Assembly: GCA_963796455.1 (NCBI GenBank)
Contig: CAWCLO010000004.1
Span: 160,001-224,000, forward strand
Direction: 5' to 3'
DNA length: 64,000 bases
DNA from: Candidatus Sulfomarinibacteraceae bacterium
Lineage (GTDB): Bacteria; Acidobacteriota; Thermoanaerobaculia; Thermoanaerobaculales; Sulfomarinibacteraceae
Part shown: positions 31,165 to 40,697 of the stretch, piece by piece
Layout of the letters: every line of letters begins with the position of its first letter
Position numbering within the stretch: the first letter of the stretch is position 1
Translations under genes and position numbers: made by a program
The notes under the pieces: model-generated
What the model saw: only the letters and a program-made list of their open reading frames with translations
Database searches by the model: none
What the model was told of the DNA's origin: nothing

Positions 31165-31560
31165 ATGGAAGAGCATCATCTCGGCTGCCCGAACTGCGGA
31201 GCCCCTCTGGACGTGCCGATCGGTGAGGTCGAAGCCATTTGTGAGTACTGCGCCTCGCGCCTCAGATTCATTCCCGAAGACAACGAGCTCGAGGTCGTCA
31301 AGACCCGAGAGGAGATGAAACACCGGGAACGTATCGCGGTGGAAAAAGAAATCCTGCGCAAGAAGTTCGAAACTGAGGAGATGGATCGCTGGCGGCAGAC
31401 CGCAGCCAGGGTCGCGATCGCCGCGGTACCGATCGTTGGACGCACGGCGGGGCGAGCAGCTTTCAACGCGGCCGCCGGCCGTGGTGGCGGTTGCGGTGGA
31501 TGTGGCTGTCTCGGTCTGATCGCAGCGCTGATCGCCGGTGGTGCGGTGATCGGTCTGTAG
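31165..31560 (+). CDS. Zinc-ribbon hypothetical membrane protein
   Basis: 'CPNCG...CEYC', helical linker, C-terminal TM. Confidence 0.65.
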   Translation: MEEHHLGCPNCGAPLDVPIGEVEAICEYCASRLRFIPEDNELEVVKTREEMKHRERIAVEKEILRKKFETEEMDRWRQTAARVAIAAVPIVGRTAGRAAFNAAAGRGGGCGGCGCLGLIAALIAGGAVIGL

Positions 31561-31572
31561 AGGAGTTACCAG

Positions 31573-32049
31573 ATGGCCCAACGGCCTCTTCCATGGTCCG
31601 AGACGTGCTTCGTGTGTGGCGATGCCAACCCCAAAGGGTTGGATGCCAAATTTCAGGTTGACGACAAAGGGAAGGTGCGCCTCGAAATGATCATCGATCC
31701 ACGTTTCGAGGGTTATGGTGGGCACGTCCACGGCGGGGTCGTGACAGCCTTGCTGGATGAAGCGGCGGGCTGGGCTGTGACCCACGAGGTCGGTCGTTTT
31801 GCGATGACGATCGAAATCACCGTCCGATTTCGACGGTCGGTCAATGGTGGTTCAGCCGTTGCGGTGACGGGGGAGTGCCTCGGAAAAGAAGGGCGTTTCT
31901 ACCGCGCTCGGGCGGAGATGGTGGGCGCCGAGGGCAAGGTGCTCGCGTCGGCGGATGGGCGTTTCATGCCGGTCTCGGAAGAGGTGCACGAACAGGTTGT
32001 TCCGTCCCTCAAAATGCCCGGACGCCCGGCGACGGACGACGATATCTAG
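31573..32049 (+). CDS. PaaI family thioesterase
   Basis: 'CFVCGDANPKGL', 'HGGVVTALLDE'; AGGAG RBS. Confidence 0.88.
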   Translation: MAQRPLPWSETCFVCGDANPKGLDAKFQVDDKGKVRLEMIIDPRFEGYGGHVHGGVVTALLDEAAGWAVTHEVGRFAMTIEITVRFRRSVNGGSAVAVTGECLGKEGRFYRARAEMVGAEGKVLASADGRFMPVSEEVHEQVVPSLKMPGRPATDDDI

Positions 32050-32061
32050 GGCCACCTGCTT

Positions 32062-35000
32062 TCATTCTGCGGCGTGGTAACAGCTCCAGCTCCTCACCCT
32101 GAGATCCTTGATCGAGACCCGCTCGAGGGCCTCGGCCAGTCGTTCGGCGAGCTGGCGGTTGGTGATCAGGGGAATGCCGAGATCGGCGGCCGTCCGTCGA
32201 ATGATGTAGTCGTTGGTCAGCTCTTCCTTCTGGAAGTGTTTGGGGATGTTGATCACCAGATCGATTTTGCCCTGCTTGAGGTAATCGACCGCGTTCGGGC
32301 TTTCGTTGTCGAGCGGCCATTTGAGGATCGTCGTGCTGATGCCGTTGCGTTCGAAGAACTCGGCCGTGCCCTGGGTTGCGAAGAGCTCTACGCCAAGCCG
32401 CACGAATCGGCGCGCGGTGTCCAGAAAGGCCGCCTTGCTCTCGATCGGACCGGTCGAGAGCAGCGCACGTTCGATCGGGAATTTGAATCCGACGGCAATG
32501 AGGGCCTTGAGGAAGGCCTCCTCGAAATCCCACCCGAGGCAGGCCACCTCGCCGGTGGAGGCCATCTCGACCCCGAGGGTCGGATCCGCGCCTTCCAATC
32601 GCGTAAAGGAGAAGTGGGGCGCCTTGACGCCAACGTAGTCGAGGTCGAGTTGTGCCCGGTTGTCGAGCTCCACCGGCCGACCCATCATGACCCGGGTGGC
32701 GGCGTCGATCAGATTCTGTTTCAACACCTTCGAGACAAAGGGGAATGACCGCGACGCCCGGAGGTTGCACTCGATCACCATCACCTTGTTGTCCTTGGCC
32801 AGAAACTGGATATTGAAAGGCCCGGTGATGTTGAGTGACTCGGCGATCTTCTTCGTGATCACCCTGATCCTGCGCATGGTCTCCAGATAGGTGCGCTGCG
32901 GCGGCAACACGAGAGTCGCGTCTCCGGAGTGCACACCGGCGTTTTCGACGTGCTCCGAGACCGCCCAACCAACCAGTTCGCCGTTGCGCGCAACGGCATC
33001 GATGTCGATTTCTTTCGCGTTCTCGACGAATTTGCTGACTACCACCGGGTAGTCGGGGGAGATGGCCTCGGCATTGGATAAATAGGTCGTGAGCTCTTCG
33101 TCGTTGCCGGCCACCGCCATGGCCGCGCCGGAAAGCACGTACGAGGGGCGGACGATCACCGGGTAACCCTGTTCCGACGCGAATTGAATCGTCTCGTCGA
33201 GAGACGTGAGTTCCTGCCAGGCCGGCTGGGGAACCCCGATCTCTTCCAGCAGACTCGAGAAGTGGTGCCGGTTCTCAGCCCGGTCGATGCTTCGGGGCGA
33301 GGTCCCGAGCACTCGCATACCGGCGTCGCCACACGGAACCGCCAGATTGTTGGGGACCTGGCCGCCCATCGATAGAATGATGCCGAGCGGCGACTCTTTG
33401 TGATAGATCTCCGAGACCGCTTCGAAGCTGAGTTCGTCGAAATACAGACGGTCGCACTCGTCATAATCGGTGCTCACGGTCTCGGGGTTGTGGTTGACCA
33501 TCAAGGTCCGATAGCCGAGATCACGGAGGGTCCGGACCGCGTTGACGCAACACCAGTCGAACTCCACCGAGCTGCCGATCCGGTAGGCACCGGGACCGAG
33601 GATCATGACCGAGCCCTCTTCGCCAAAATCGACGTCGTCGTCACTTCCGTTGTAGGTGAGATAGAGGTAGTTGGTGGCGGCGGGGTATTCGGCGGCCAGG
33701 GTGTCGATCTGTTTGACACAGGGATGGATGCCGAGTTCGTGGCGGCGGGCCCGAACCGCCTCCTCGGCCGCACCTGTGGCCCAGGCTATCTGGGCATCGG
33801 CGAAACCGAGCTCTTTGGCGCGCCGCAACAGATCGGTATCGAGTTTTGGCACTTCGGTTGCCTTGAGGCGTTTTTCGATCGCGACCATCCCGGCGATTTT
33901 GTCGAGGAACCACTCGTCGATGTGGGTGATCTGATGGATCTCGTCTATCGAGAGGCCCTCCCGGATCGCCTCGGCCACGGCAAAGATCCGCCGTTCGGTC
34001 GGTTCGGCCAGCGACTGCCGCACGTTTTCAAATTTGAACTGATCGTTGAGCACGACTCCGCGGGCCCCGGTCTCGGTCATTCGCAGGGCCTTTTGCAATG
34101 CCTCCTCGAATTTTCGCCCGATCGCCATCACCTCGCCGACCGACTTCATCGCCGATCCGATCCGTTCCTCCACGCCGGGGAATTTTTTGAAATCCCAACG
34201 CGGCGCCTTGACGACGACGTAGTCGAGAGCGGGCTCGAAGCAGGCGCAGGTGGATCTGGTGACCGAATTCTCGACATCGGTCAAGGACTTGCCGAGGACG
34301 AGCTTGGCGGCCACGAAGGCCAGTGGATAGCCGGTGGCTTTGGATGCCAGGGCCGACGAACGGGACAGACGGGCGTTGATCTCGATGACGCGATAGCCCT
34401 CGCCGTCCGGAGAAAGCGCGTACTGGATGTTGCACTCGCCGACAATCCCGAGATGGCGGACGACCCGGATCGCGAGCTCTCTCAAGAGGTGGTATTCGTC
34501 GTTGTTCAGAGTCTGGCTGGGCGCCACCACCAGGCTCTCCCCGGTGTGGATCCCCATCGGGTCCAGATTCTCCATGTTACAGACCGTGATGCAGTTGTCG
34601 TAGGCGTCTCGCATCACCTCGTACTCGATCTCTTTCCAACCCGTCAGGTATTCTTCGACCAGGACCTGACCGGTGTGGGCGAATGCCTTTGCAGCCAGCG
34701 CCTCCAGGTCCGTTTCGGAACGGCAGATTCCCGAGCCGAGCCCACCGAGAGCGAAGGCCACCCGGGCCATGCACGGATAACCGATCTCACGCCCAGCCTC
34801 GATGGCTTCTTCGAGTGTGGTGGTTGGCCGACTGCGTGGCACCGCGACGTCGATCTCGCCGAGGCGGGCGACGAATCGTTCGCGGTCTTCGGTATCGAGG
34901 ATCGACTGGATCGGGGCGCCGAGAACCCGGACTCCGTATTTTTCGAAGACGCCCTGACGATCCAGCTCGACCCCGCAGTTGAGGGCCGTCTGACCGCCGA

Positions 35001-35265
35001 AACCGAGCAACACCCCGTCCGGGCGCTCCTTGACGATCACCTGTTCGACGAAATCAGGCGTGACGGGAATGAAGTAGATCTCATCCGCCAGATGTTCTGA
35101 GGTCTGGATGGTGGCGATGTTGGGGTTGATGAGGACAGTCTTGATGCCCTCTTCCTTGAGCGCTTTGATGGCCTGGCTTCCGGAGTAGTCGAACTCACCG
35201 GCTTCGCCGATCTTGAGGGCCGAACTGCCCAGGACCAGGACCTTCTGAGGCAGCGGCCGGCTCAT
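32062..35265 (-). CDS. carB: Carbamoyl-phosphate synthase large subunit
   Basis: 'GEAGEFDYSGSQA', 'NPNIATIQT', 'GIHTGES', 'EFDWC', duplicated ATP-grasp domains and MGS-like C-terminus. Confidence 0.97.
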   Translation of the reverse strand: MSRPLPQKVLVLGSSALKIGEAGEFDYSGSQAIKALKEEGIKTVLINPNIATIQTSEHLADEIYFIPVTPDFVEQVIVKERPDGVLLGFGGQTALNCGVELDRQGVFEKYGVRVLGAPIQSILDTEDRERFVARLGEIDVAVPRSRPTTTLEEAIEAGREIGYPCMARVAFALGGLGSGICRSETDLEALAAKAFAHTGQVLVEEYLTGWKEIEYEVMRDAYDNCITVCNMENLDPMGIHTGESLVVAPSQTLNNDEYHLLRELAIRVVRHLGIVGECNIQYALSPDGEGYRVIEINARLSRSSALASKATGYPLAFVAAKLVLGKSLTDVENSVTRSTCACFEPALDYVVVKAPRWDFKKFPGVEERIGSAMKSVGEVMAIGRKFEEALQKALRMTETGARGVVLNDQFKFENVRQSLAEPTERRIFAVAEAIREGLSIDEIHQITHIDEWFLDKIAGMVAIEKRLKATEVPKLDTDLLRRAKELGFADAQIAWATGAAEEAVRARRHELGIHPCVKQIDTLAAEYPAATNYLYLTYNGSDDDVDFGEEGSVMILGPGAYRIGSSVEFDWCCVNAVRTLRDLGYRTLMVNHNPETVSTDYDECDRLYFDELSFEAVSEIYHKESPLGIILSMGGQVPNNLAVPCGDAGMRVLGTSPRSIDRAENRHHFSSLLEEIGVPQPAWQELTSLDETIQFASEQGYPVIVRPSYVLSGAAMAVAGNDEELTTYLSNAEAISPDYPVVVSKFVENAKEIDIDAVARNGELVGWAVSEHVENAGVHSGDATLVLPPQRTYLETMRRIRVITKKIAESLNITGPFNIQFLAKDNKVMVIECNLRASRSFPFVSKVLKQNLIDAATRVMMGRPVELDNRAQLDLDYVGVKAPHFSFTRLEGADPTLGVEMASTGEVACLGWDFEEAFLKALIAVGFKFPIERALLSTGPIESKAAFLDTARRFVRLGVELFATQGTAEFFERNGISTTILKWPLDNESPNAVDYLKQGKIDLVINIPKHFQKEELTNDYIIRRTAADLGIPLITNRQLAERLAEALERVSIKDLRVRSWSCYHAAE

Positions 35266-36371
35266 CGTGACCCCCCGTTGAGGGTGGCGGCAAAATCGTC
35301 GATGATCCACTCCGAATCAACCGGCCCCGGGTTTGCCTCGGGGTGGAATTGAACACTCTTAATTGGTTGTGACACGTGGCGAATACCCTCGATGGAGCCG
35401 TCGTTGGCATTGACGAACCACGGCCGCCAATCACTCGGTAGACTTTTTTCGCGAACCGCATAACCGTGGTTCTGGGATGTGATCATGCATCTCTTGCCAC
35501 GAGATCCGGATTCCTCGATCTCGATGCATGGCTGATTCTGGCCGCGATGGCCGAAGGGGAGCTTGTATGTTTCGGCTCCGGCGGCCAGGGCCAGGAGTTG
35601 ATTTCCAAGGCAAATGCCGAGGATCGGAACGTCGAGGGCCAGCGCGCGCTCCACATTACGGATTGCCGCCTGGCACATCTGCGGGTCGCCGGGACCGTTC
35701 GAGATCACGAGGCCGTCGAATTCGATGCCGGGGAAGTAGTGATCGTGAGGCACCCTGAGGACATTCAGCCCCCGTCGCAGCAGACAACGAACGATGCTCG
35801 TTTTACAGCCGCAGTCGAGCAGGACGACGGTGGGAGCTCCGTCGACTCCGCTCTCGTAGCGGACGACCTCGTCAACGCTCACCGTGGCCACCAGATCGGT
35901 GGCATTGGGGTCGAAGAGGCTGACCGGTTCGCTCGTGTTTTCGGCCTCGATGGCGCCCAGCATCGAGCCCTTTTCCCGCAGACGTTTGGTGACGAGACGG
36001 GTGTCGATGCCGGAGATAGCGGGGATTCCCTCGGAGCGAAGCCACTCATCGAGGCTTCGTGAAGCCAGGTAGTGGCTGTATTTCTCCGAGTGTTCGGAGA
36101 CGACGAGTGCCGTGGCCTGAATACGATCCGATTCGAAACCGAGTGGGAGCCCGAAGTCGTCACGCTCAAAGGCAGGAACCCCGTAATTGCCCACCAGCGG
36201 GTAGGTCAGTACCAGAATCTGACCCGAATAGGAGGGGTCCGTCAGCGATTCCGGGTAGCCCACCATGCCGGTGTTGAAAACCACTTCACCGGCGATCGGG
36301 GTGTCAGCGCCGAAGAGCTTTCCGTTGTACGTCGTTCCGTCCTCGAGCCTGAGGCGGCCTTTTCGATCCAT
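35262..36371 (-). CDS. carA: Carbamoyl-phosphate synthase small subunit
   Basis: 'GEVVFNTGMVGY', 'SNGPGDP', 'GICLG', 'SQNHGY', 'QFHPE'. Confidence 0.97.
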   Translation of the reverse strand: MDRKGRLRLEDGTTYNGKLFGADTPIAGEVVFNTGMVGYPESLTDPSYSGQILVLTYPLVGNYGVPAFERDDFGLPLGFESDRIQATALVVSEHSEKYSHYLASRSLDEWLRSEGIPAISGIDTRLVTKRLREKGSMLGAIEAENTSEPVSLFDPNATDLVATVSVDEVVRYESGVDGAPTVVLLDCGCKTSIVRCLLRRGLNVLRVPHDHYFPGIEFDGLVISNGPGDPQMCQAAIRNVERALALDVPILGICLGNQLLALAAGAETYKLPFGHRGQNQPCIEIEESGSRGKRCMITSQNHGYAVREKSLPSDWRPWFVNANDGSIEGIRHVSQPIKSVQFHPEANPGPVDSEWIIDDFAATLNGGSR

Positions 36372-36647
36372 CAACGAGCCTTTCTCGCGCCTTCCGGCAC
36401 AACCGATCTTGACGCAGAAGATTAGCGTGTTCGGACCGGCTTGGCGAGAATATTTCCCAGGAAGCGGGCGGAGGCGTGAGATCGTGGCGCGAGGGAATAC
36501 CTCAGTCGCTTCGCAACATGAAGATGGTGGGCCGATCGGGGAAGGCAGAATTGGCAAATTCAGTCGTGTATCGGGAAATGTGGTCCGATGACTCCGACGG
36601 CAGAGTGTTGGGTCCGTGGAAGCAAAATTAATAGAAGGAGTCTTTCA

Positions 36648-37310
36648 ATGGCAACAGTTTGCATCACCGGAGCGAATCGGGGAATCGGTCTCGAACTCGC
36701 CCGTCATTACAAGGTCCGGGGAGACCGGGTCATCGCGGTGTGTCGATCGGCTTCGAAAGACCTGAAGGCTCTCGGGGTGGATCTGTCCGAGGGTGTCGAT
36801 GTAACGATCGACGACTCGGTGACGGGTTTCGTGGCGGAGCTTGCTGATACGCGGGTGGATCTGCTGATCAACAACGCCGGTCTTCTCAGCGATGAATCGC
36901 TGGTGGATCTCGACTTTGATCGTATGCGGCGACAATTCGAGGTCAACACCCTCGGGCCGCTGCGGATGACGGCCGCAGTCGCGCCCAATCTTGGAGAGGG
37001 CTCCAAAGTTGCCATCATCAGCAGTCGAATGGGTTCGATCCAGGACAATACCTCGGGTGGCCGTTATGGTTACCGAATGTCCAAATGTGCGGCCAACATG
37101 GCCGGTCGGTCGCTGGCCCATGATCTCAAGGATTCGGGCGTTGCGGTCGCGATTCTGCATCCCGGGTTCGTGCGGACCGAGATGACCGGTGGCCAGGGTC
37201 TCATCGATTCGCCGGAGTCCGCAGCAGGTCTGATGGCTCGAATCGACGAATTGACCTTGGAGACCACAGGTACCTTCTGGCACGTCAACGGCGAGGTCAT
37301 TCCCTGGTAG
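36648..37310 (+). CDS. SDR oxidoreductase (CsgA/C-factor-like)
   Basis: 'TGANRGIG', 'NNAG', 'SSRMGS', 'YRMSK', 'HPGFVRTEM'; AAGGAG RBS. Confidence 0.88.
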   Translation: MATVCITGANRGIGLELARHYKVRGDRVIAVCRSASKDLKALGVDLSEGVDVTIDDSVTGFVAELADTRVDLLINNAGLLSDESLVDLDFDRMRRQFEVNTLGPLRMTAAVAPNLGEGSKVAIISSRMGSIQDNTSGGRYGYRMSKCAANMAGRSLAHDLKDSGVAVAILHPGFVRTEMTGGQGLIDSPESAAGLMARIDELTLETTGTFWHVNGEVIPW

Positions 37311-37347
37311 GGATCGGACTCCGCCTTTCCCGTGCCCGTGTCCGCGT

Positions 37348-37708
37348 CCGAATTGCAGCGGCAGAGTCCAGCGACAGGGACAGGGCACGGCAGACAGCGT
37401 CAGCGAACAGTAGGCTGCGGCAGCGTTCAGTCATCAGCGTCAGCGGTCAGCGGCCGGGACAGTGAACAGCACTCATCTCTTCGGGGATCCGGCCTTGGTG
37501 GTGCGGCCGTCTCGGCCGCACGACGGGCAGGCGAGACGCCGACACAAAGACGGCGGTTCCTTCTGTTGAACGACCCGGATGTGGCCACTTGGTCGCCTGG
37601 ACTCCTGATCGCTGCCGCTGAACACTGATCGCTGTCCCTGTCCGCTGCCACTGATTGCTGCACCTGTCGCTGTCCCTGAACGCTATCCGAGACTCTGTCC
37701 TGGACAAG
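37348..37708 (-). mobile_element. Gene-less palindromic element related to the four-helix-bundle element at 57766-58539
   Basis: Shares terminal TGTCCTGGACAAG, CAGCG-rich arms, the anti-RBS arm and the stop-codon segment ATGAGTGCTGTTC with 57766-58539. Confidence 0.65.
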
Positions 37709-37726
37709 AGTGGTGGGGGAGACCAG

Positions 37727-37750
37727 GTGCAGGCGGGACGCCTGCACCAC
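37727..37750. repeat. REP palindrome (same family as the RAYT flanks)
   Basis: GTGCAGGCGGGACGCCTGCACCAC. Confidence 0.8.
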
Positions 37751-37773
37751 AATTCACCCGCAAGTCTACCCTT

Positions 37774-38346
37774 CTAATGAATCTCTTCGACGCCGCCCTT
37801 GATGCTGTCGATCTGGCCTTTGAGGCTGCGGGGGTTCCAGTTCATGGGTCCGCGCGCCTGGTGAGCCATGATCCCAGCGGGATCGTAGATCAGGGTTTCG
37901 GGCAGCCGGCGCACTCCAAAGAGGTCACCGGTCTTTCCGTTCTCGTCCAGGTAGACGAGGTCCATCGGCACCTCGGCATCTTCGGCCCAGGCTTCGATGC
38001 CTTCCCAGGATGGTGCCCGGGCTATCAGGAGCACGTCGATCATCGGATCGGATGCGACCGACGCGGCGAAAGCCGCGGCCTGGGTCTGTTCGAAGGCATC
38101 TGTTGCGGTTGGATCGAACCAATGCAGAACCAGGACCTTTTCGGGGCGCCCAACGAGGTTGCGACGGTCGCCATCGACGGAGGCAACCCAGAGGAACCCA
38201 CCGGCATCTACTTTGGCAATCGCGTGATCGTGATCCGCGTGCCGGGCCGGCGTCTGGCTGTAATACATCTGATAGGCGAGAAAAACTCCGGCGGCCACGA
38301 TGGCGACGCCAATAATCAATCGATTGCGGACGGCTGGTTTCATCAT
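37774..38346 (-). CDS. TlpA/redoxin-fold membrane-anchored protein lacking CxxC
   Basis: 'KVLVLHW', 'LFGVRRLPETLIYDPAG', 'GPMNW'; no cysteines. Confidence 0.7.
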   Translation of the reverse strand: MMKPAVRNRLIIGVAIVAAGVFLAYQMYYSQTPARHADHDHAIAKVDAGGFLWVASVDGDRRNLVGRPEKVLVLHWFDPTATDAFEQTQAAAFAASVASDPMIDVLLIARAPSWEGIEAWAEDAEVPMDLVYLDENGKTGDLFGVRRLPETLIYDPAGIMAHQARGPMNWNPRSLKGQIDSIKGGVEEIH

Positions 38347-38376
38347 CGGCGGATGATAACAAAATTTGCCCGGGTT

Positions 38377-39045
38377 TCATCCCCTGCGCGCCATGAATAT
38401 CGTATGTCGTGGGCCCTTCGCTCCCTGGCGGGCTCGAACAGTCTCGGTTGAAACCTCGAATCCGGCCTTGGACAATCGGCGCTCGAAGGCCCGGTCGGGG
38501 TCGGAGGACCACACTCCGAGCACCCCCCGGGTTCGCAAACAGCCGTAAATCGCCTGCAGTCCGCGTTCTCCATAGAGTTTGTTGTTCTGCTCGGTGGTAA
38601 ACGCGGCGGGACCATTGTCGACATCGAGGAGGATGGCGTCAAAGGTCCGTCTGTTTCGGGCGATCACTTCACCGACATCGGTGGCCGAGATCGTGACCCT
38701 CGGGTCCTCGAGCGGGGCTCCGGCCAGGTCGGCCAGTTCGTTTCGATTCCACTCGATGACCGCCGGAAAGATCTCGGACACCACGATTCCGGCTTCGCTA
38801 GGAGCCAGGTCGAGAACCGCCCTCAGGGTGTAGCCCATCCCCAACCCGCCAACCAGGATCCGGGGTCTGGCCTCTCGGACCAGAGCCATCACCAACCGCG
38901 CCAGGGCCTCTTCCGAACCGTGCGCCCGGCTCGACATCAGCTCGAGACCGTTCACCCTGATGGCGAAGGCGCCGTCGCGTTCGTGGAGAATGATCTCTTT
39001 GCCGTCGGGTGTGATCGCCCGACCGAGGGTATGTTGCGGTTTCAT
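38377..39045 (-). CDS. Spermidine synthase-like SAM-binding protein
   Basis: 'ELMSSRAHGSEEALA', 'LVGGLGMGYT', 'FDAILLDVDNGP'. Confidence 0.85.
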   Translation of the reverse strand: MKPQHTLGRAITPDGKEIILHERDGAFAIRVNGLELMSSRAHGSEEALARLVMALVREARPRILVGGLGMGYTLRAVLDLAPSEAGIVVSEIFPAVIEWNRNELADLAGAPLEDPRVTISATDVGEVIARNRRTFDAILLDVDNGPAAFTTEQNNKLYGERGLQAIYGCLRTRGVLGVWSSDPDRAFERRLSKAGFEVSTETVRARQGAKGPRHTIFMARRG

Positions 39046-39444
39046 GGACCTCCCGTTGTAATCCGATGCTATCAGTCAGCCCCGAGTATCCTCGTACCAG
39101 ACACGGAAATTCAAAACGCCCATTCTCAAAACCCCATCCTCACGATATTCCTGTGAGAACTGAGTTCGGCGCGTTTGACTGTCCGAATCGTAGCGGCAGC
39201 GCCAGTGATCAGTGGTCAGCGGCAGCCACAGGGAGCAGCAAACAGGAACAGCGTTCTGCGGCAACGATCAGGTCGGTGCCATGATCTGACGCGGTCAACC
39301 CGAAGACGAGAGTGCCGCCCGAGACACTTTCTTGAACTCGGTTGAGCGCGTATCTGAATTTTTCGACCTGATCCTGAGCCGGAGCGATCGAGTGGTGGAC
39401 GCTCGCGGTAGAATGGATTTTCAACAAAAGAAGAGGATATTTCA

Positions 39445-40512
39445 ATGCAATTTGCCCCCTATTTCAAGCCACCCTGGCCCCCGAAAACCGGAAAACGCGC
39501 GCTGCTCACTGGAATCACCGGTCAGGATGGGTCCTATCTCGCCGAGTTGCTGCTCTCGAAGGGTTACGAGGTATGGGGCCTGATTCGCCGCTCGTCGACG
39601 ATCAATACCTCACGCATCGATCACATCTTCGAACCGCCGTGGATCGAGGACAAACGCCTCAACCTGGTGTATGGCGACCTCAACGATGCCTCGTCGCTCA
39701 ACCGCATTCTGAAGACCGTTCGGCCGGAAGAGGTCTATAACCTCGGTGCGCAATCGCACGTCAAGGTTTCCTTTGAAATCCCTGAATACACAGCGGAAGT
39801 GGTCGGTGTCGGCGCCACCCGCCTGCTCGAAGCCATGCGTGAATTGGGACTCGAGGCCCGCTTCTATCAGGCGTCGTCGTCGGAGCTCTTTGGCAAGGTG
39901 CTGGAATCACCCCAGACCGAACTGACGCCTTTTTATCCGCGCAGCCCGTACGCTGCGGCCAAGGCCTATGCCTTTTACATCACCCGCAACTATCGTGAAG
40001 CCTACGGGATCTTTGCGGTCAACGGGATATTGTTCAATCACGAATCGCCGCGCCGCGGTGAGACCTTTGTGACCCGGAAAATCACCATGGCGGCGGCCAG
40101 GATCAAGGCAGGACTGCAGGACTGTCTTTATCTCGGCAACCTCGACGCAAAACGCGACTGGGGTTTTGCCGGCGACTTTGTCGAGGCTATGTGGAGCATG
40201 CTCCAGGTGGATGAGCCCGACGATTACGTCGTGGCCACCGGAGAGACCCACTCGGTTCGTGAGTTCTGCGAAATTGCTTTCGCCCACGCCGGGCTGCCGA
40301 TCGAGTGGTCGGGTGAGGGTTTGGATGAGATCGGCGCCGATGCGGATGGCCGCACCCTGGTTCGTATCGATCCACGTTATTTCCGGCCGGCAGAAGTCGA
40401 TTTTCTACTTGGTGACTATTCGAAGGCCGAGAAGGACCTCGGTTGGCGACCGACGACCGACTTCGAAGGCCTCGTGAAAATGATGGCCGAAGCGGATATG
40501 GAGGCACTGTAG
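39445..40512 (+). CDS. gmd: GDP-mannose 4,6-dehydratase
   Basis: '[11 protein letters not shown]', 'NLGAQSHV', '[11 protein letters not shown]', '[16 protein letters not shown]', '[11 protein letters not shown]'. Confidence 0.97.
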   Translation: MQFAPYFKPPWPPKTGKRALLTGITGQDGSYLAELLLSKGYEVWGLIRRSSTINTSRIDHIFEPPWIEDKRLNLVYGDLNDASSLNRILKTVRPEEVYNLGAQSHVKVSFEIPEYTAEVVGVGATRLLEAMRELGLEARFYQASSSELFGKVLESPQTELTPFYPRSPYAAAKAYAFYITRNYREAYGIFAVNGILFNHESPRRGETFVTRKITMAAARIKAGLQDCLYLGNLDAKRDWGFAGDFVEAMWSMLQVDEPDDYVVATGETHSVREFCEIAFAHAGLPIEWSGEGLDEIGADADGRTLVRIDPRYFRPAEVDFLLGDYSKAEKDLGWRPTTDFEGLVKMMAEADMEAL

Positions 40513-40636
40513 ATCCCGCAGCCTCTCGGCGGAACCTCCTGCAAGATCCCGGGAGCGAAATGAAACGCGGTCGGCTGAAAACGGAAGGGCAGCGGGTACA
40601 ACGCTCGCGAAATATTTTTCGCGGTGGACCCAAAAG

Positions 40637-40671
40637 AACGGCGGGTCGATTCATGGAATCGACCCGCCGTT
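40637..40671. terminator. Hairpin between convergent genes (probable intrinsic terminator)
   Basis: Perfect 16-bp stem AACGGCGGGTCGATTC/GAATCGACCCGCCGTT. Confidence 0.7.
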
Positions 40672-40697
40672 GTGTTGCTGTCAAAAACTACTGTTGA

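Noticed and set aside
33400..35100. 566-aa plus-strand ORF
   Set aside because: Antisense shadow of carB
37332..37752. Short ORFs over the palindromic repeat region (also 57711-57956, 61322-61860, 63638-63983)
   Set aside because: Low-complexity translations of repeats with no RBS or protein motifs
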